Below, piece by piece: positions 51,331 to 64,000 of a DNA stretch of 64,000 nucleotides (position 1 is the first letter of the stretch; each line of letters starts with the position of its first letter). A program made the translations under genes and the position numbers. The DNA comes from Isurus oxyrinchus (lineage: Eukaryota). The stretch is from assembly GCA_026770705.1 (NCBI GenBank), contig JANJGN010000017.1, positions 682,001 to 746,000 of the forward strand, read 5' to 3'. The notes under the pieces are model-generated. The model was given only the letters and a program-made list of their open reading frames with translations. It had not been told where the DNA came from and made no database searches.

Positions 51331-52124
51331 CTTGAGTTATGTACTTAAATCTCTATTGTGGGACTTGAACCTAGAGCAATCTTACCTGTTGCACACTGAT
51401 ATTTAATTCATAGGTAAGAGCTAAATAACATGAATCATTATCCTCCTTTTATTTGAACACCTGTGAAATAGCTACTTTTATTTTCATCATTTCTGCTCCT
51501 TGGAATTTTTTTGCAATCAATTAACATCACAATTTTTAACAAAAGCTGATGGCACACAGAATAAATTTCCTTGTCTTTGATGTAACACTTCCAATTTTTA
51601 GTGTTCACAACACACGTATCACAGTCTTTATTCTCTGGATTCTGATTTCCTTTAGGTTCGAAGACGATTTTCTGAATGATGATTACATTTTGATTAAAAA
51701 ACTGCAGAGCATTTAGATCAACACTGTGTTCAAATTAGAAGCTGGAGCACAGATTTAAATAGCACTTCTTTTAAGATCATTGCAATTGTGATTTTGCAAA
51801 GAACTATTCAATTTAATGTTTCAATGTGTCAGGAAGTGTATGATAATGGAAAATTGTAAGACTGAAACATCAGACTCCTGTTAATGTAAAAGTTGAATTC
51901 TTTCTAGGCATGTATTAGTGCAATGGACTTGGAGGTATTAATTCCCACTCTGCCATTTAAGATTGATAATTTTACAAAAAATTAATCTGACTGAGCCAAT
52001 TGAGTTTGACTAATAATTGGCTTCAGCTGTCTTTCACTCTGTTATTTATTCCTTTTTTAGGGGCAACAGATGTGGCGATCATGTGGTAATTTACTCCAGT
52101 GCTAACAATGTAATTGCTTGAACT

Positions 52125-55082
52125 TAAGACTTAGGAGCAGGAGGAGGCCATTTGGCCCCTTAAGCCTTCTCTGCAAATCAATAAAATCATGGCTGATTTG
52201 GTTTGGTCTCAACTCCATTATCCTGTCTGCCCCCCCCGACACCCTTGGCTCCCTTGTCTATCAAAAATCTGTCTAACTAAATCTGCCTTGAATAAATTCA
52301 ATGGCCCAGCCTCCACTGCTCTCTGGGGAAGAGAATTCCACAGGTTAACAACCCTCAGACAAAAAAAATCTCCTTATCTCAATTTTAAAAGGGAGACCTT
52401 TCATTCTTAAACTATGCCCCCTAGTCCTAGTCTCCCCCACAAGTGGAAACATTATCCCGGCATCCACTCTGTCAAGTCCCCTCAGAATCTAATGTTTCAA
52501 TAAGATCACCTCTCGTTCTTCTGAACTCCAATGGGTAGAGGCCCAACCTATTCAACCTTTTTTCAGAAATTAAGCCCTTCATCCTAGGAATAAGTCAAGT
52601 GAACATTCTTTGTATTGCTTCTAATGCATTTGTATCTTTTTTCAAATAGGGAGTCATAGAGGTCTACAGCGCAGAAAAAGGCCCTTCGGCCCATCAAGTC
52701 TGCGCTGGTCAAACAAGAACCTAACTATTCTAATCCCATTTTCCAGCATTGGCCCATAGCCTTGTATGCCATAGCATTGCAAGTGCACATCCAAATAATT
52801 CTTAAATGTTTTGAGGGTTTCTGCCTCTCCCACCCTTTCAGGCAGAGTGTTACAGATTCCCATCATCCTCTGGGTGAAAAAGTTCTTCCTCACATCCCCT
52901 CTAAACCTCCTGCCCCTTACCTTAAATCAATGCCCCCTGGTTATTGATCCCTCCACCAAGGGAAAAGTTCCTTCCTGTCTAACCTATCTATGCCCCTCAT
53001 AATTTTTTAGACCTCAATCATGTCCCCCCTCAATCTCCTCTGCTCCAGGGAAAATAACCCAAGTCTATCCAATCTCTCCTCATAAATAAAACTCTCCAGC
53101 CCAGGCAACACCCTGGTAAATCTCCTCTGCACTCTCTCTAGTGCAATCACATCCTTCCTATAATGCGGATTCCAGAACTGCGCGCAATACTCTAGCTGTG
53201 CCTAACCAGTGTTTTATACAGTTCCAGCATAACCTCCCTGCTATTCTATTCTATGCCATGGCTAATAAAGGCAAGTATCCCATGTGCCTTCTTAACCACC
53301 TTATCTACCTGTTCCGCTACCTTAAGGGACCGATGGACATGCACACTGGTCCCTCTGATCCTCGGTACTTCCCAGGGTCCTACCATTCATCATGTATTCC
53401 CGTGCCTTGTTTGTCCTGCCCAAGTGCATCACCTCACACTTATTCAGATTAAATTCCATTTGCCACTGATTAGCCCATCTGACCAGCCCGTCTATATCCT
53501 CCTGTCATCTAAGGCAATCCTACTCACTATTTACCACCCCACCAATTTTTGTGTCATCTGCAAACTTACTGATCAACCCTCATACATTTAAGTCTAAATC
53601 GTTTATATATACCACAGACAGCAAGGGACCCAACACTGATCCCTGTGGAACCCCACTGGATGCAGGCATCCAGTCACAAAAACACCTCTTGACCATTACC
53701 CTCTGCTCCCTGCCACTCAGGCAATTCTGAATCCAATTTGCCAAATTGCCTTGGATCCCATGGGCTCTTACCTTCATTATCAGTCTCCCATGCGGGACCT
53801 TATCCAAAGCCTTGCTGAAGTCCAAGTAGACTACGTCAAATGCATTGCCCTCATCTACACACCTGGTCACCTCTTCGAAAAATTCAATCAAATTGGTCAG
53901 ACCTGACCTCCCCTTAATAAAACCATGCTGACTATCCTTGATTAATCCCTGCCTCTCCAAGTGTAGATTAATTCTGTCCCTCAGAATTGCTTCCAATAGT
54001 TTCCCCACCACTGAGGTTAGACTGACTGGCCTGTAGTTCCCTGGTTTATCCCTTCCTCCCTTCTTGAATAACGGTACCACATTGGCTGTCCTCCAGTCCT
54101 CTGGCACCTCTCCTGTGGCCAGAGAGGTATTGAAAATTATTGCCAGCGCCCCTGCTATCTCCTCCCTTGCCTCACTCAACAGTCTGAGATATATTTCATC
54201 CAGGCCAATGGAGTATAAGGTGAGAAAATGTAAACTTGTCCACTTTGGCAGGGAGAATGGGAAACCAATACTGTACACAGTTCTCCAGATGTAGTCTCAT
54301 CAATGCCCAGTACAGTTGCAATAACCCTTCCCTACTTTTATATTCCATTCCCCTTGCAATAAATGCCAACATTCCATTTGCCTTCTGAATCATTTGTTGT
54401 ACCTGCTTACTAACTTTTTGTGATTCATGCAGCAGGACACTCAGATCTCAGAGTTCTGCAATCCCTCTCTATTTAAATAATTTGCTGCTTTTCGATTGTT
54501 CCTGCCAAAGTGAATAAGTTCACATTTTCCCACCTTATACTCCATCTGCCAAATTTTTCTCACTTAGTTAATCCGTGTGTCCCTTTGAAAACTCTCTACC
54601 TCCTCTTGAGAACTAACTGTTCTTTCTATCTTATTGTCATCGGCAAATTTAGCCACCATACATTTGGTCCCTTCATCAAAATCATTGATATAGATTATAA
54701 ATAGTTGATGCCCCAGCACTGATCCCTGTGGCATTTCACTAGTTATTGTTTGCTAACCTGAAATAGATCCATTTATCTCTACTCTCTGCTTCCTGCAATA
54801 TCCAGAAGACTGGTTGCTTGGATGTAAGAGATTACATGGTATTATTCTGAATAAGAGCATGGGAATTCTCCCCAGTACCCTGGCCAATATGCAATCCTTT
54901 ATCCATGGTAATGTTACCCACTAAACCATGTGCGCTTATCTTGTGTATTAACCTTTGATGTGGAACTTTATCAAATGCCTTTTGGAAATCCAAGTAGACC
55001 ACCTTGTTACTTCCTCAAAATACTTTAATAAATTAGTCAAGCATAATTTCCCTTTCACAAAGTCATGTTGACTCTGCTTGAT
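52125..55082 (-). mobile_element. CR1 LINE A (52125-52633 and ~54263-55082), interrupted by CR1 B
   Basis: ...ttcaaatagggag resumes as accaatactgtacacag. MIQKANGMLAFIARGMEYKSRE, KFADDNKI, DFQKAFDKVPH. Confidence 0.88.
52634..54205 (-). mobile_element. Younger 5'-truncated CR1 LINE B
   Basis: ORF 53580-54278: EDWRTANVVPLFKKG...YLDFSKALDKVPH...GVPQGSVLGP. 3' tail at 52634. Confidence 0.95.
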
Positions 55083-55394
55083 CATGGATATGATTATTCA
55101 TCTGAATGCATGGTAAGATGGTTAATTGACCATGTTTCCCTCAAACTTTTTTCCCTGTAAGGAATGCCACCCACTAGCTGACCAGAGGCAGGGGCGCTAT
55201 TGAACAAGTACAATATGCCTCAGAGGCCTGTTTTTGGGAGCAGGTTGGGGATCTTGATCCATTGATCTCTGCAAACTGTGCATTAGATAAGAGGAGGTTC
55301 AGCCTTGACTGTGATGCTCTCATGGTTGCAAAGCACAGTAACAAGCAATATCCACAAGACTGGTTGCTTGGATGTAAAAGATTACATGGTATTA

Positions 55395-55635
55395 TTCTGA
55401 ATAAGAGCATGGGAATTCTCCCCAGTACCCTGGCCAATATGCAATCCTCAACAACCAGCGCTAAATAAAATATCTTGCTCATTATCTCATTGCTTTCTGT
55501 GGGATCTTGCTGTGCGCAAACTAGGTCATGTTTCCATCCTACAAGAGTGGCTCACTTCAAAAATATTTAATTGGCTCTAAAATGCTTTGGGATGTCCTAA
55601 GATTGTGAAGGATATTTAATGTAAGTCATTCTTAT
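55395..55635 (+). mobile_element. Deu-type SINE 3' part
   Basis: gggaattctccccagtaccctggccaatat...gctttgggatgtcct. Confidence 0.75.
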
Positions 55636-55670
55636 TCAAGAAAGTGTTATAGCTGTGTAACTGTAATTTT

Positions 55671-56236
55671 GGGCAGGATTTTCCCTTCATCGGGTGGGAG
55701 GGCCTGGGAGTGGCTGTGAAACAGACTGCCGCCTGCGATCGGCCCCTGTCCACGATTTCATGCTGGCTGGCCAAATAACAGCCAGTCAGCGTGAAACACA
55801 CACTGAGGAACTCAGCACTGCCGGGGTGGGAGCTAGAGGAGGCCGAGCATTGAGGTCTGTGCCTGCGGGGGGGAGTGCACACTGACAGCTCCCTGAGGGC
55901 ACAGAACTGCCTTGGGGAGCTGATGATTTGGAGAAAGGAAAATAAAGATTGAATAAATGATATAAACATGTCCCCACATGTGGCTTAGTCATGAAGAGGG
56001 ACATGTTTATAATGAAGTGGAAACATTTTTTTGCGTTTTTTTACTTACCGTTGGAAACCTCATCCTGCCCATGGATGAGGTTTCGTAAAAAAGGCAAAGC
56101 CTTAATAGGCCTCTCTCTCTCACGCGCGTGCACGCCAATCAGAAGATCAGAGACTGCACAACGACGTTGGGACGCTCACCTGACATCATCGTGCATTACT
56201 TTACTCCCATTCGGGGAACAGCGCTTCATTGACTGA
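55671..56236. mobile_element. Harbinger MITE, right end lost
   Basis: Starts with TIR gggcaggatttt. Colinear with 2753 and 59585. Confidence 0.85.
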
Positions 56237-56239
56237 ACT

Positions 56240-57835
56240 GCTAAAAAAGAACAAGAAATTGGGCACAGGGATGCCAGAGCACATTTGACAGTTTAAAAAA
56301 CTGTTGACTACTACACCAGTTTTGGCAACACCTAATTATGTCAAGCAGTTTAAGTTGGCAATTGATCCAAATGATTTGGGTGTTGGTGCTGTGTTGTTAC
56401 TAGAAGATGAAACAGGAATTAAAAAGCTGGTAGGATATTTTTCACAGAAGCTGAATGTACATCAGAAAAGATAGTCAACCATCAAAAAGGAGACTCTGGG
56501 TCTGGTGTTTGTGTTGCAGCATTTTGAGGTTTATGTTACAAGCAAATCTTCAGAAAGTTGTTTATACAAACCACAGTCCTTTAAAATTTCTGGACAAACT
56601 TCAAGACCAAAGTGCAAGACTGTTCAAATGGAGTTTATTACTGCAACTGTTTACAGGTTATACATGTGGCTGGGTGAGAAAATTTAATTTCAGATTCATT
56701 GTCAAGAGTTTAAAGTTCAAAGGAAATTAAACATTTGAAACGTCTACACTGGACTGAAGTGACCTCTGTTGATACAAACGATTTATATGTATTATATTAA
56801 CGCATGTATCTGATAGTTTAATAGTTTTGTGTATATAGATAAATATAGTAAGCAATGTTGAGAAGATGAAATTGTCTTTTAAAATTATGATGGTTCATTT
56901 TTCCATAAGAATGGAGAAGTCAAGAAACTATCATATTTTTCCTATTATTATGGGATATTTTGAAACAGGCATCCATGTATCTGTTTGTATGGTTGTGTGT
57001 GTGTGGCTAATTTAATTAAACTAGAGATGGATAGACTGCAAGGTTTAAATTAGCAAAGAAGTGAGGTGTAAAACAAGTGTTTGAAATAGAGATGAGTAAA
57101 GCTAGGATGCAGTCTCAGCAGATGTGGTGTGAATGAAGTTTTCCTTTTTAAGTGGAGAAGTGTTTGATTTTCAAAGGGTCATGGAAGATTTCTTCAACTT
57201 GCAAGATGAATAAGGCAAAGTGATTATGTTGATTTTTCCCAAAGGTGCTGGCTATAATGATAACATGAAAAATTGTTATATTCTGGGAAAAGTAACTTCT
57301 AAAGACAAGTGGAAACAATGGGATTTACAAATCAGAAGGGATAAAATGTATTAAAGAAGGAAGGAAGGCTGTGAGAGATGTGGCCATATGAGATCTTGAA
57401 AGGTGACTGTGTGAAAAAGACTTGGAGAAAAAGCCTCTAGCCACTCTTCAGAAGTTTGCTGTTCCAATAACCACAGTTGTGTTGAAAGCCTTTGGAAGTC
57501 CATTGTCTTGTGGTAAAATTCCTGGATGGCTGTATAAATTGGGAATCTATTTGGACTGTTGCCTTAAAGGGTGTGTGTAGTTGAGAGTATGGTTAAGTAG
57601 AAATTTTGAGAACTGTTATAACTGAGTAACTGTGATCTTGTGTTTTTAAGTTTGATCTTCTTTTGTTAATGAACATTTTAATTTAATATTTAAAATCTCT
57701 AAAAACGGTACTTCTGACTTTAGTGCACAAGCCTTCTCGTAATAAATACAAATTTCAAAATCATTGTGCTAGTGTGGCCAAGTTTCTCTTGTGGATTTGG
57801 TCAGTCTGGCAAATACCAGCTGCCACATCCTAACA
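56240..57835 (+). mobile_element. Gypsy (probably Gmr1-like) 3' part: RNase H, PPT and LTR (~56920-57835)
   Basis: PVLATPNYVKQFKLAIDPNDLGVGAVLL...VGYFSQKLN...LQHFEVYV...YTNHSPLKFL...DSLSRV*. Purine run gaatggagaag, and the LTR-like segment ends taaca. Confidence 0.8.
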
Positions 57836-58927
57836 AAAGCAATAAAGAAAAAAAAAGTGAAAATGGGAAATAAATATAAACGTAAGTTTATTTAAAACAA
57901 AGCAAAAATTAAAAACCAGTCAGCAACCAATCAATAATTTTGAACATCAAGGATCGAGAATTAATGTACACCAGCAATGAAGTCCTGTGGCTGTTTTATG
58001 AAAGGGTTTTAAAAATCTGGCACCAGTTTGTGTTGAGGAAGATGAGAAGTCTCAGTGCTGTCACTAGTTTTACAGATAAATAGCAGTCATAAAGCTAGCT
58101 CTCCACTTGATACTGCTGCTTTCAATGTGCATAGATTTCTAACACTGCTGGGCTTGCACAATGGCTTCAGGACATGCTGACAAGAATTAATAATGACCTT
58201 TATCATCCGCTGTGTGCTGCACCATTAACATGAAAAACCTCAGTGTGATTTACAGTTAGGCTTCACAAAAATTAATTGCGACAGACCCTGCATTGGCAGC
58301 AGCTCTTAATGGAGTCCAGGTTTGAGATTGATGCACACACCATACTTTGCAGCAATGACATACAATTGCACCTTATACCTTGTAATTGTTTTGTCCACAG
58401 GCCCGGGGATTTGAACTCATAAATATGTCTGAATCAGATTTTAACAGAAATTTTCACAAGTAATTATTAGTCCATGAATTATATTAGGTTATTAGAAATT
58501 ACTTATTTTGCTGCTTCAATTCTATGCACATGAAAAATTACAAATTGTAACTGTATATGTGATGACCATGGCATAATACTCAGTGATACAAGTATTTACA
58601 GAAAGCATTTTTATTAAACCATCAATTTGAATACCAATAAATAACAATTTAAAGGCAGAAAGTTTTTCTACATAAAGATTTCAACAAAACATTTTTGATC
58701 ATAAAAGAACACATCATAAGTAATAGACTAGTTATTGACGGTCCAGATCTGGTATCACACACAGTCCGCAAATAATGAGGATGCTATACGTGTTTGAACA
58801 TTATTCCCATACCAACATTACATTGGGCGTATAGGGTTTTTTTTTCCTCCTTGCTTATATTTGTGAGTTACTCCTATGAATGGAAGGTCACCCTTATGGA
58901 TACTAAGAGAAAATACATCATAGATGC

Positions 58928-58968
58928 CTAGGATCTAAGGCGGAAATGGTCAAAAAAACAATAGTATG
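58928..58968 (-). CDS. Candidate terminal coding exon of an unidentified host gene ([S]YYCFFDHFRLRS*)
   Basis: Pyrimidine-rich acceptor ggtctttttatgtcgtag. Phase-compatible with 61309-61381. AATAAA on the minus strand at 58610-58615. No homology recognised. Confidence 0.25.
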
Positions 58969-59084
58969 CTACGACATAAAAAGACCATAAAACAGAGATG
59001 GGTTCACAGAAAATGAATGCATGTAGTAATTCATGCATGTAGTAATTCTACAGAGAAGATGGTTCAAATGAGTTACAGAAAGAC

Positions 59085-59440
59085 AAACTTATATAATGCT
59101 TTTACAAATTTAGTGCGTCCCAAAGCACTTTACAACCAATTATAACCACTGCTGTAATGCAGGGAACACAACAACCAATTTGCCCACAGCAAAGCCTCAC
59201 AATCAGCAATGTGATAATAACCACTTAATCGGTTTTTAGCGATAAATATTGGCCAGCGCACTGGGGAGAGGTCTCCTGCTGTCTTCGAATCAGTACCATG
59301 GGAACATTTGTGTTCACGTGCAAGGGTAGAACGAGCCTTGCTTTAAAGTCTAACCTGAAAAGTGGCACCTCCATCAGTGCAGCACTCCTTCAATATTGTA
59401 CTGGTGTGTCAGCTGATGTGCTGAAGTCTCTGGAGTGGGG
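59085..59440 (-). mobile_element. Deu-type tRNA SINE
   Basis: Reverse complement of the 11352/42624 family. Confidence 0.8.
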
Positions 59441-59584
59441 CATAGCTGTGAAAACATGATGTTTGGAGTAAAGGTAGAGGCAAAGACATTAGAGTTAACC
59501 AAAATACAAATCAGAAGCCACCATTGTAGACTTTAACACATTAGAATTCTGAGCTGTGAGGAAATTGGCAATTTCTTGTCCCTA

Positions 59585-60255
59585 AGGCAGGATTTTTGGG
59601 TCGTTGGGTGGGGACAGTGAGCAGGCCCAAGATTGGCCTCCGACTGCAATTTCACACTGGCTGGCCAATTAACGGGCAATCAGTGTGAAAGGCGCGCTGA
59701 GAGCTTCAGCGCTGCCGGAGTGGGGGGTGGGAGGAAGGCAAGTGTAAAGGTCTGCCCATGTGTTGGGGGAGCACATACTGAAAACTCCCTGAAGGCAGGG
59801 AGCTGCCTCAGGGAGCTCAAGAATTTTAAAATCAAACATAAAGCTTTTGAAAATCAGAAAAAAATGTCCCCACATAGGACTCACTCACATGGACATAAAC
59901 GTTAATTTAAAAAAATGTTTTGGGATAATAAAAATTATGTCGGAAGCCTCATCCCACCCACGGATGAAGTTTCCTAAAAAATCCAAAGGCTGCCTGGCCG
60001 ATTAGCCCACCCGCCAACCATAAGGTTGGGCAGGCAGCGAAAAATGGCAGTTAATTGAAACTTTAATGGCAGTTAATTGAAACTTTAATGGCCTTAATAG
60101 GCCTCTTGTCAGGAGGTGCCCGGCTGACACTAACGCACACCCGCCAATTGAAATATCACACGAGTGCGATGACGTCAGGACACTCGCCCATTGTGCGCTA
60201 TTTTATGCCCGATCACATTGGGCATATGCCACCCGCAGGACATAAAATCCTGCCC
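59585..60255. mobile_element. Harbinger MITE, complete
   Basis: TIRs aggcaggatttt / aaaatcctgccc. Flanks cta / ctg. Confidence 0.88.
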
Positions 60256-60484
60256 CTGGTTACTTCGTTATGTCAGCTTGGCACAGTCTTATCATCTTAA
60301 AGATCACAGGGGTGAGATTCATCTCCGGCAGGATCAGAAAATGGGTGATAGTGAGTTGACCAGTCATTTTATACTCTGCCCGGTTTTCTTTTCCACTTGA
60401 TGTTAATAGAAAAGATAACAGATGGAGACCAATTCTCTATCACACATTTTACACTCCCCTGTAACAATAATTTCACACTCCTTG

Positions 60485-60855
60485 GCTGCAAGCCCCACTG
60501 CATCATGCAAGGACATAATCCAGAATGAGATTTCTGTGCTGTTCAGTTGGAAGCCACATCTTTAGACATTAAATTGAGGCCCTTTCTGATGAATGTATAA
60601 AAATCCCATGACATATTTAAATGACGGCAGAGGAGATCTGCTCCTGTTTTGGCCAATAAGTGTCCTTCACTCAATATCATCAAAATGGATTGGTCATTTA
60701 TCTCATCTCTGTTTATAAGGCTTTGCTATTGGCAAAATAGTTGCATTTGCCTAAATAAGAACAATGGAGGTCACATGTTAAAAGGAATTAATTGGCTATG
60801 AAACACTTGGCACATTCTGAAAATTATGAATGGTACTATAGGAATGGAAGTTCTA
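60485..60855 (+). mobile_element. Old Deu-type SINE
   Basis: aaatcccatgacatatttaaatgacggcagaggag...ttggccaat core and tail. Confidence 0.65.
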
Positions 60856-61308
60856 CGTGACTAACTTGAGGTGCTAATATAACACTATAAACCGTAACTA
60901 TAATATAACACTATAAACCATGAAAATGTATTAAATCCTATGAAACACTTCTATCTGCAATTGCTTTTTTACTTGTTGCTAAACATTCCTGTTTGAGATT
61001 GTTAGAATTGGATTTTCAATTACCATCATTAATCCTTTCTTCCCATCAATAGCCATAATTATTCTGGGTGTCAGGATCTACTGAATCACTTTATCATGTA
61101 ACAGGATGAGAATTGTTTCTAAACATTAATGATATAACTGCAGTTTTTGTTTTAAAAAATGAAAATGAATATAAAACACCTAATCTTCTCATGCAACTTT
61201 TCAAAAGAAAAATAGCTTCATTTTTATTAAGTTTCATATACCTGTACACATTACAATTCAGTAACCAAAATAATGTATAAACTTAAAATAACAAAAAATG
61301 TTACTTAC

Positions 61309-61381
61309 ATATAGTCACAACACGATACCCTAGCTCTGATTGATGGCTTGGGTATACAGTAATATGGTCAAACAACTTGAA
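61309..61381 (-). CDS. Candidate internal exon of an unidentified host gene (FKLFDHITVYPSHQSELGYRVVTI)
   Basis: Acceptor ccttttagctctatctacag (alternative in-frame AG 12 nt upstream) and perfect donor gtaagt. Only one frame is open. Unique AT-rich flanks. Confidence 0.4.
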
Positions 61382-61698
61382 CTGTAGATAGAGCTAAAAG
61401 GAATGTTTACTTATAAATAATATTACCAGCATAACATAAGACCATTCAGTTTAACTTGCTTGCTCCTTCCATACTTTCAATATCTGCCTATGACCTCCTG
61501 TTCTCCTCCCATATACATTTAGTCCTTTTATGGAAAATGTACTGTAAATAATCTCCACCTCCAAGGTCATCCAACAAAATTTAAAGTACTGACCTATCCC
61601 ACATCTTCACTATTCGACCCCCATCTATTGTTCTGAAAAAGGCAATATTCCATCAGTACTCCCAGCCTTTCCTCTCTCACCCAACCTTATCTGTACAG

Positions 61699-61884
61699 AG
61701 ATAAAAACAAAAAAACTGCGGATGCTGGAAATCCAAAACAAAAACAAAAACAGAATTACCTGGAAAAACTCAGCAGGTCTGGCAGCATCGGCGGAGAAGA
61801 AAAGAGTTGACGTTTCGAGTCTTCATGACCCTTCTTCTCCACCGATGCTGCCAGACCTGCTGAGTTTTTCCAGGTAATTCTGTT
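61699..61884. mobile_element. Palindromic Penelope family 1 insertion
   Basis: Inverted arms. 13-bp TSD cttatctgtacag at 61686-61698 and 61885-61897. Confidence 0.88.
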
Positions 61885-62175
61885 CTTATCTGTACAGGAC
61901 CATTCTATTTATTTCCTCCACTTCTTCATACACTTTTGTCTACCAAACTCATGTCATTTCCAACATTGAACTTAAAACTGGTAGAAACTCAATTTAAAAC
62001 GCTTACTTTAAAAAAAATCCAATTTAAAACCTATTATTTGTTTGCTATTCTATATATATATCTTTATAAATAAAGTGCAAGTACCTTGCTCTTATAACGT
62101 ACAGAAACTGTACTCAGTAGATGCATGTTATAATGAATTGAAACCTTAAACTCTATCTGGTTTATGAACACAGGA

Positions 62176-62320
62176 ACAGCACTGTGGGTGGGCCTATGCC
62201 ACAGGGACCGCAATGGTTCAAGGCGGCAGCTCACCACCGCCTTCTCAAGGGCAATTAGGGACAGGCAACTAACGCTGGCCTAGTCAGTGACACCCAAATC
62301 CCATAAACGAAAGAAAAAAA
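62176..62320 (+). mobile_element. Zenon-like LINE 3' tail
   Basis: gcagctcaccaccgccttctcaagggcaattaggg...atcccataaacgaaagaaaaaaa. Confidence 0.85.
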
Positions 62321-63577
62321 TTCAAGACTTTTGGCCTTTGCAAACAATTCATTATTTTTATTTCCCCAATACATAAATATTTAAGATGAATGTTGGTTGC
62401 TTGAATGAAGAATATTAGATGTTTGTTTGCTATTTAAAAGACAACTACAAGAAGCCATGCAAAATTATCTTCTATTTGATTAATGACATGCATCCAATGC
62501 CTCACTTAAAAATGTTAAATTAATGTGCATGGGTTCTGCTCTAGAATATGTTTTAGCAGTGAACATCCTTCCCTATCACTGTTACCATACCCGTTTGATT
62601 CTTCATCCCTCTAGCCTCATAGTCCATTGATAAAACTTAAAGGGAAAAGCAAAATACTGCAGATGCTGGAAATCTGAAACAATTTAAAGACTTGACCCTG
62701 ATGGCACTGGAGTCAGCTGCCATACCTAATCTATCCCCAGGCAACAAGGAGGCTAGAAGTAATAGTTTTATGTACCGCAATTCCAGTCCTCTCCACATCT
62801 GTGAATTATTACTGATAAAATGCATTTTCAACCAGCTTTGAAAGAGAAGGTAGCTGCAGAAGTAAGAATTTTTAACACACAAAAATTACCTCTTCATACA
62901 TTCTACCTGATGAGTTTTTTTCTTTGGTTTGACTCAGTCTTCTTGTTAAAGTATATTTTTAAGTAATACAAGGTGAAATAGTTGTACTTTATTGATTGCA
63001 TCCAGAGGTGGAGATGTATGCAGCACATCTATTAAGCACCATTAATTTCAATGTTTTTAAATATATATATATTATAGACTAATTAAGGTATCACCCACTT
63101 GTTTTAGTCACTGCCAAGTTTTGTAATTCAAAACAAAGCTCCGAACACTAAGTAACAAAAAAAAAATCAATATGCAATTATTTAAGCAAATTGAGTTTTT
63201 ATTATGTGTAGAGCCAGTGAGTTCATTCCTTTCTTCTGGATGGCTCTTTTTAAAAAACTGTGGCAAACTGTATAATGAAGTACTATGTTACTTTTAAATC
63301 CCACATACATTGTTCATGAGGCAATGAGTAGTTATTGGATTTGTCACAGTAAAGAAGCCTTTGAATTGAGTCCACTTGTTTGTTAAATTAATTTGACAGT
63401 GGAGAAATTAGAATAGAATTAAAAAGGACTCATGGGAACTTGATACCATTGATGGTTCGTTCTGATGACTTGTGTGTAATTGAGTCAAGTGGTATTTAGC
63501 ATCTGAATCATCAAAATGATAGGAAACAATTGTAGCAATTATAAATTAAAAATTCCTTCAATTAAAACAACTGATCG

Positions 63578-63805
63578 TGTGGGTTGGTTAACTCAGTTAG
63601 CCAGATGTCCAGAGTATGATGCAGAATGTGACAATGTCACAGGTTCAATCCTGATAATGACTGTGGTAGCTCATGGAGACCTGCCTCTTCGCCTTATCCC
63701 CACGCTTGCGAAGTGGTACCCCCTCAAGTTATATACAACCAATTGTCTCTGTCTAATGGAGAGGGATGCCAACAGTCCTTTGTGGGCAATGGCTAAAATA
63801 CCTTA
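63578..63805 (+). mobile_element. tRNA-derived SINE relic
   Basis: Box A-like taactcagttag and box B ggttcaatcc. Confidence 0.55.
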
Positions 63806-64000
63806 TCCCACTGATCTGAAATTAGTGGCGTTTGCTTGACCTGTACCTCTTTGTGCTCAAATCTAAAGAGTAAATCAAAGCTATTCCCCATATAAATTAA
63901 TGGGCAGGGAGATTAAAAGGGCACTATTTAGAAACATAATCAAAGGGTCTAGCAAAAGTTTACACTGTGAGTGACACTCACACAATCAAAGAGGCTGAAA

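Overview
Vertebrate genomic DNA, very probably a shark or other cartilaginous fish, judged from the repeat content: CR1 LINEs, Deu-type tRNA-SINEs, Penelope-like palindromes and Harbinger elements. Most of the window is nested, decayed transposable elements. These include three PIF/Harbinger transposons (transposase plus convergent Myb/SANT gene) with many MITEs, a Mag-type Gypsy provirus (13101-21619), two further LTR relics, CR1/L2/RTE fragments and SINEs, and two Penelope-like families with minimal hammerhead ribozymes. No intact host gene is recognisable; two candidate minus-strand exons lie near 59-61 kb. The most striking item is a 3.2-kb single-ORF LINE (13702-16911). Its 5' end is a tRNA-derived SINE head and body, and its sense strand almost lacks T4 Pol III terminators. 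A SINE at 21682-22025 shares both of its ends. Together these suggest an autonomous LINE transcribed by RNA polymerase III. All counts and alignments were made by eye, and boundaries of old repeats are approximate.
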